Translations under genes and position numbers: made by a program
The notes under the pieces: generated by a model
Databases searched by the model: none
What the model was told of the DNA's origin: nothing
What the model saw: the letters and a program-made list of their open reading frames with translations, nothing else
Shown here: piece after piece, positions 35,175-35,408 of the stretch
Numbering within the stretch: the stretch's first letter is position 1
Layout of the letters: every line of letters begins with the position of its first letter
DNA from: a virus
Lineage: Duplodnaviria; Caudoviricetes
Strand: one strand, 5' to 3'
Length of the DNA stretch: 35,408 bases
Virus record (IMG/VR): IMGVR_UViG_3300033233_000104
Location: 1 to 35,408 of that record

Positions 35175-35322
35175 ATGGTATTTATTAAAGGGCATATACC
35201 ATGGAATAAAGGAATTAAATCATGGGTTAAACCATGGTTAGTAAAGAAAAGATTGGTTAAGATTATGTGTTTCTTGCCATAAAAAATATGATTATAAATT
35301 AAGAAATAATAATGAGTTATAG
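35175..35322 (+). pseudogene. Internally deleted HNH endonuclease relic
   Basis: One frame MVFIKGHIPWNKGIKSWVKPWL; second frame DWLRLCVSCHKKYD...TAG. Confidence 0.7.
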
Positions 35323-35408
35323 ACCATATAGTGTTTATTGTCCTGAGTTTGACCCTCTTAGCGGTGGGATACGTGTAATGTGGGGACTGTTTGGATATCT
35401 ACTTGCTA
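35312..35408 (+). CDS. Probable glycosyltransferase, N-terminus (partial)
   Basis: MSYRPYSVYCP......SGGIRV...L...L start typical of GT-B enzymes; runs off the window. Confidence 0.5.
   Translation, partial: MSYRPYSVYCPEFDPLSGGIRVMWGLFGYLLA

Noticed and set aside
1-35408. Stop-codon reassignment
   Set aside because: Core genes are full length under code 11, and TAA, TAG and TGA all end genes at sensible junctions

Overview
The window is most of a small, AT-rich tailed-phage genome (podovirus-like gene set, standard stop codons) in three blocks. (1) 1-5582 (+): end of the tail module and the lysis cassette (DNA-stabilisation/tail-tubular-B-like protein, His-rich triple-module tail protein, amidase endolysin, two holin-like proteins). 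(2) 5657-15800 (-): early/replication arm with many tiny ORFs, RusA, a replication initiator with internal iterons, a pentapeptide-repeat protein, an HNH nuclease and several structured RNAs. (3) 16066-end (+): late arm with TerS, TerL, portal, scaffold, N4-gp56-like capsid, a 906-aa Gly-Val-Ser/Gly-Ala-Cys collagen-like fibre, then a glycan synthesis/modification cluster (FkbM-glycosyltransferase fusion, NDP-sugar SDR, split transketolase, two more FkbM, two more glycosyltransferases). Sigma70-like promoters, several leaderless, and scarce Shine-Dalgarno motifs would fit a Patescibacteria/CPR-type host, but that is inference. Most notable: a candidate virion-glycosylation system with a Ser/Cys collagen acceptor; early genes each enclosed by back-to-back long-range RNA helices; an anticodon-less tRNA-like RNA with a large T-loop insertion next to a second structured RNA; and HNH genes or relics at gene ends flanked by recoded duplicates of the invaded terminus. 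All product calls are from motif recognition by eye, with no database searches. No integrase, polymerase, reverse transcriptase or CRISPR array was seen.
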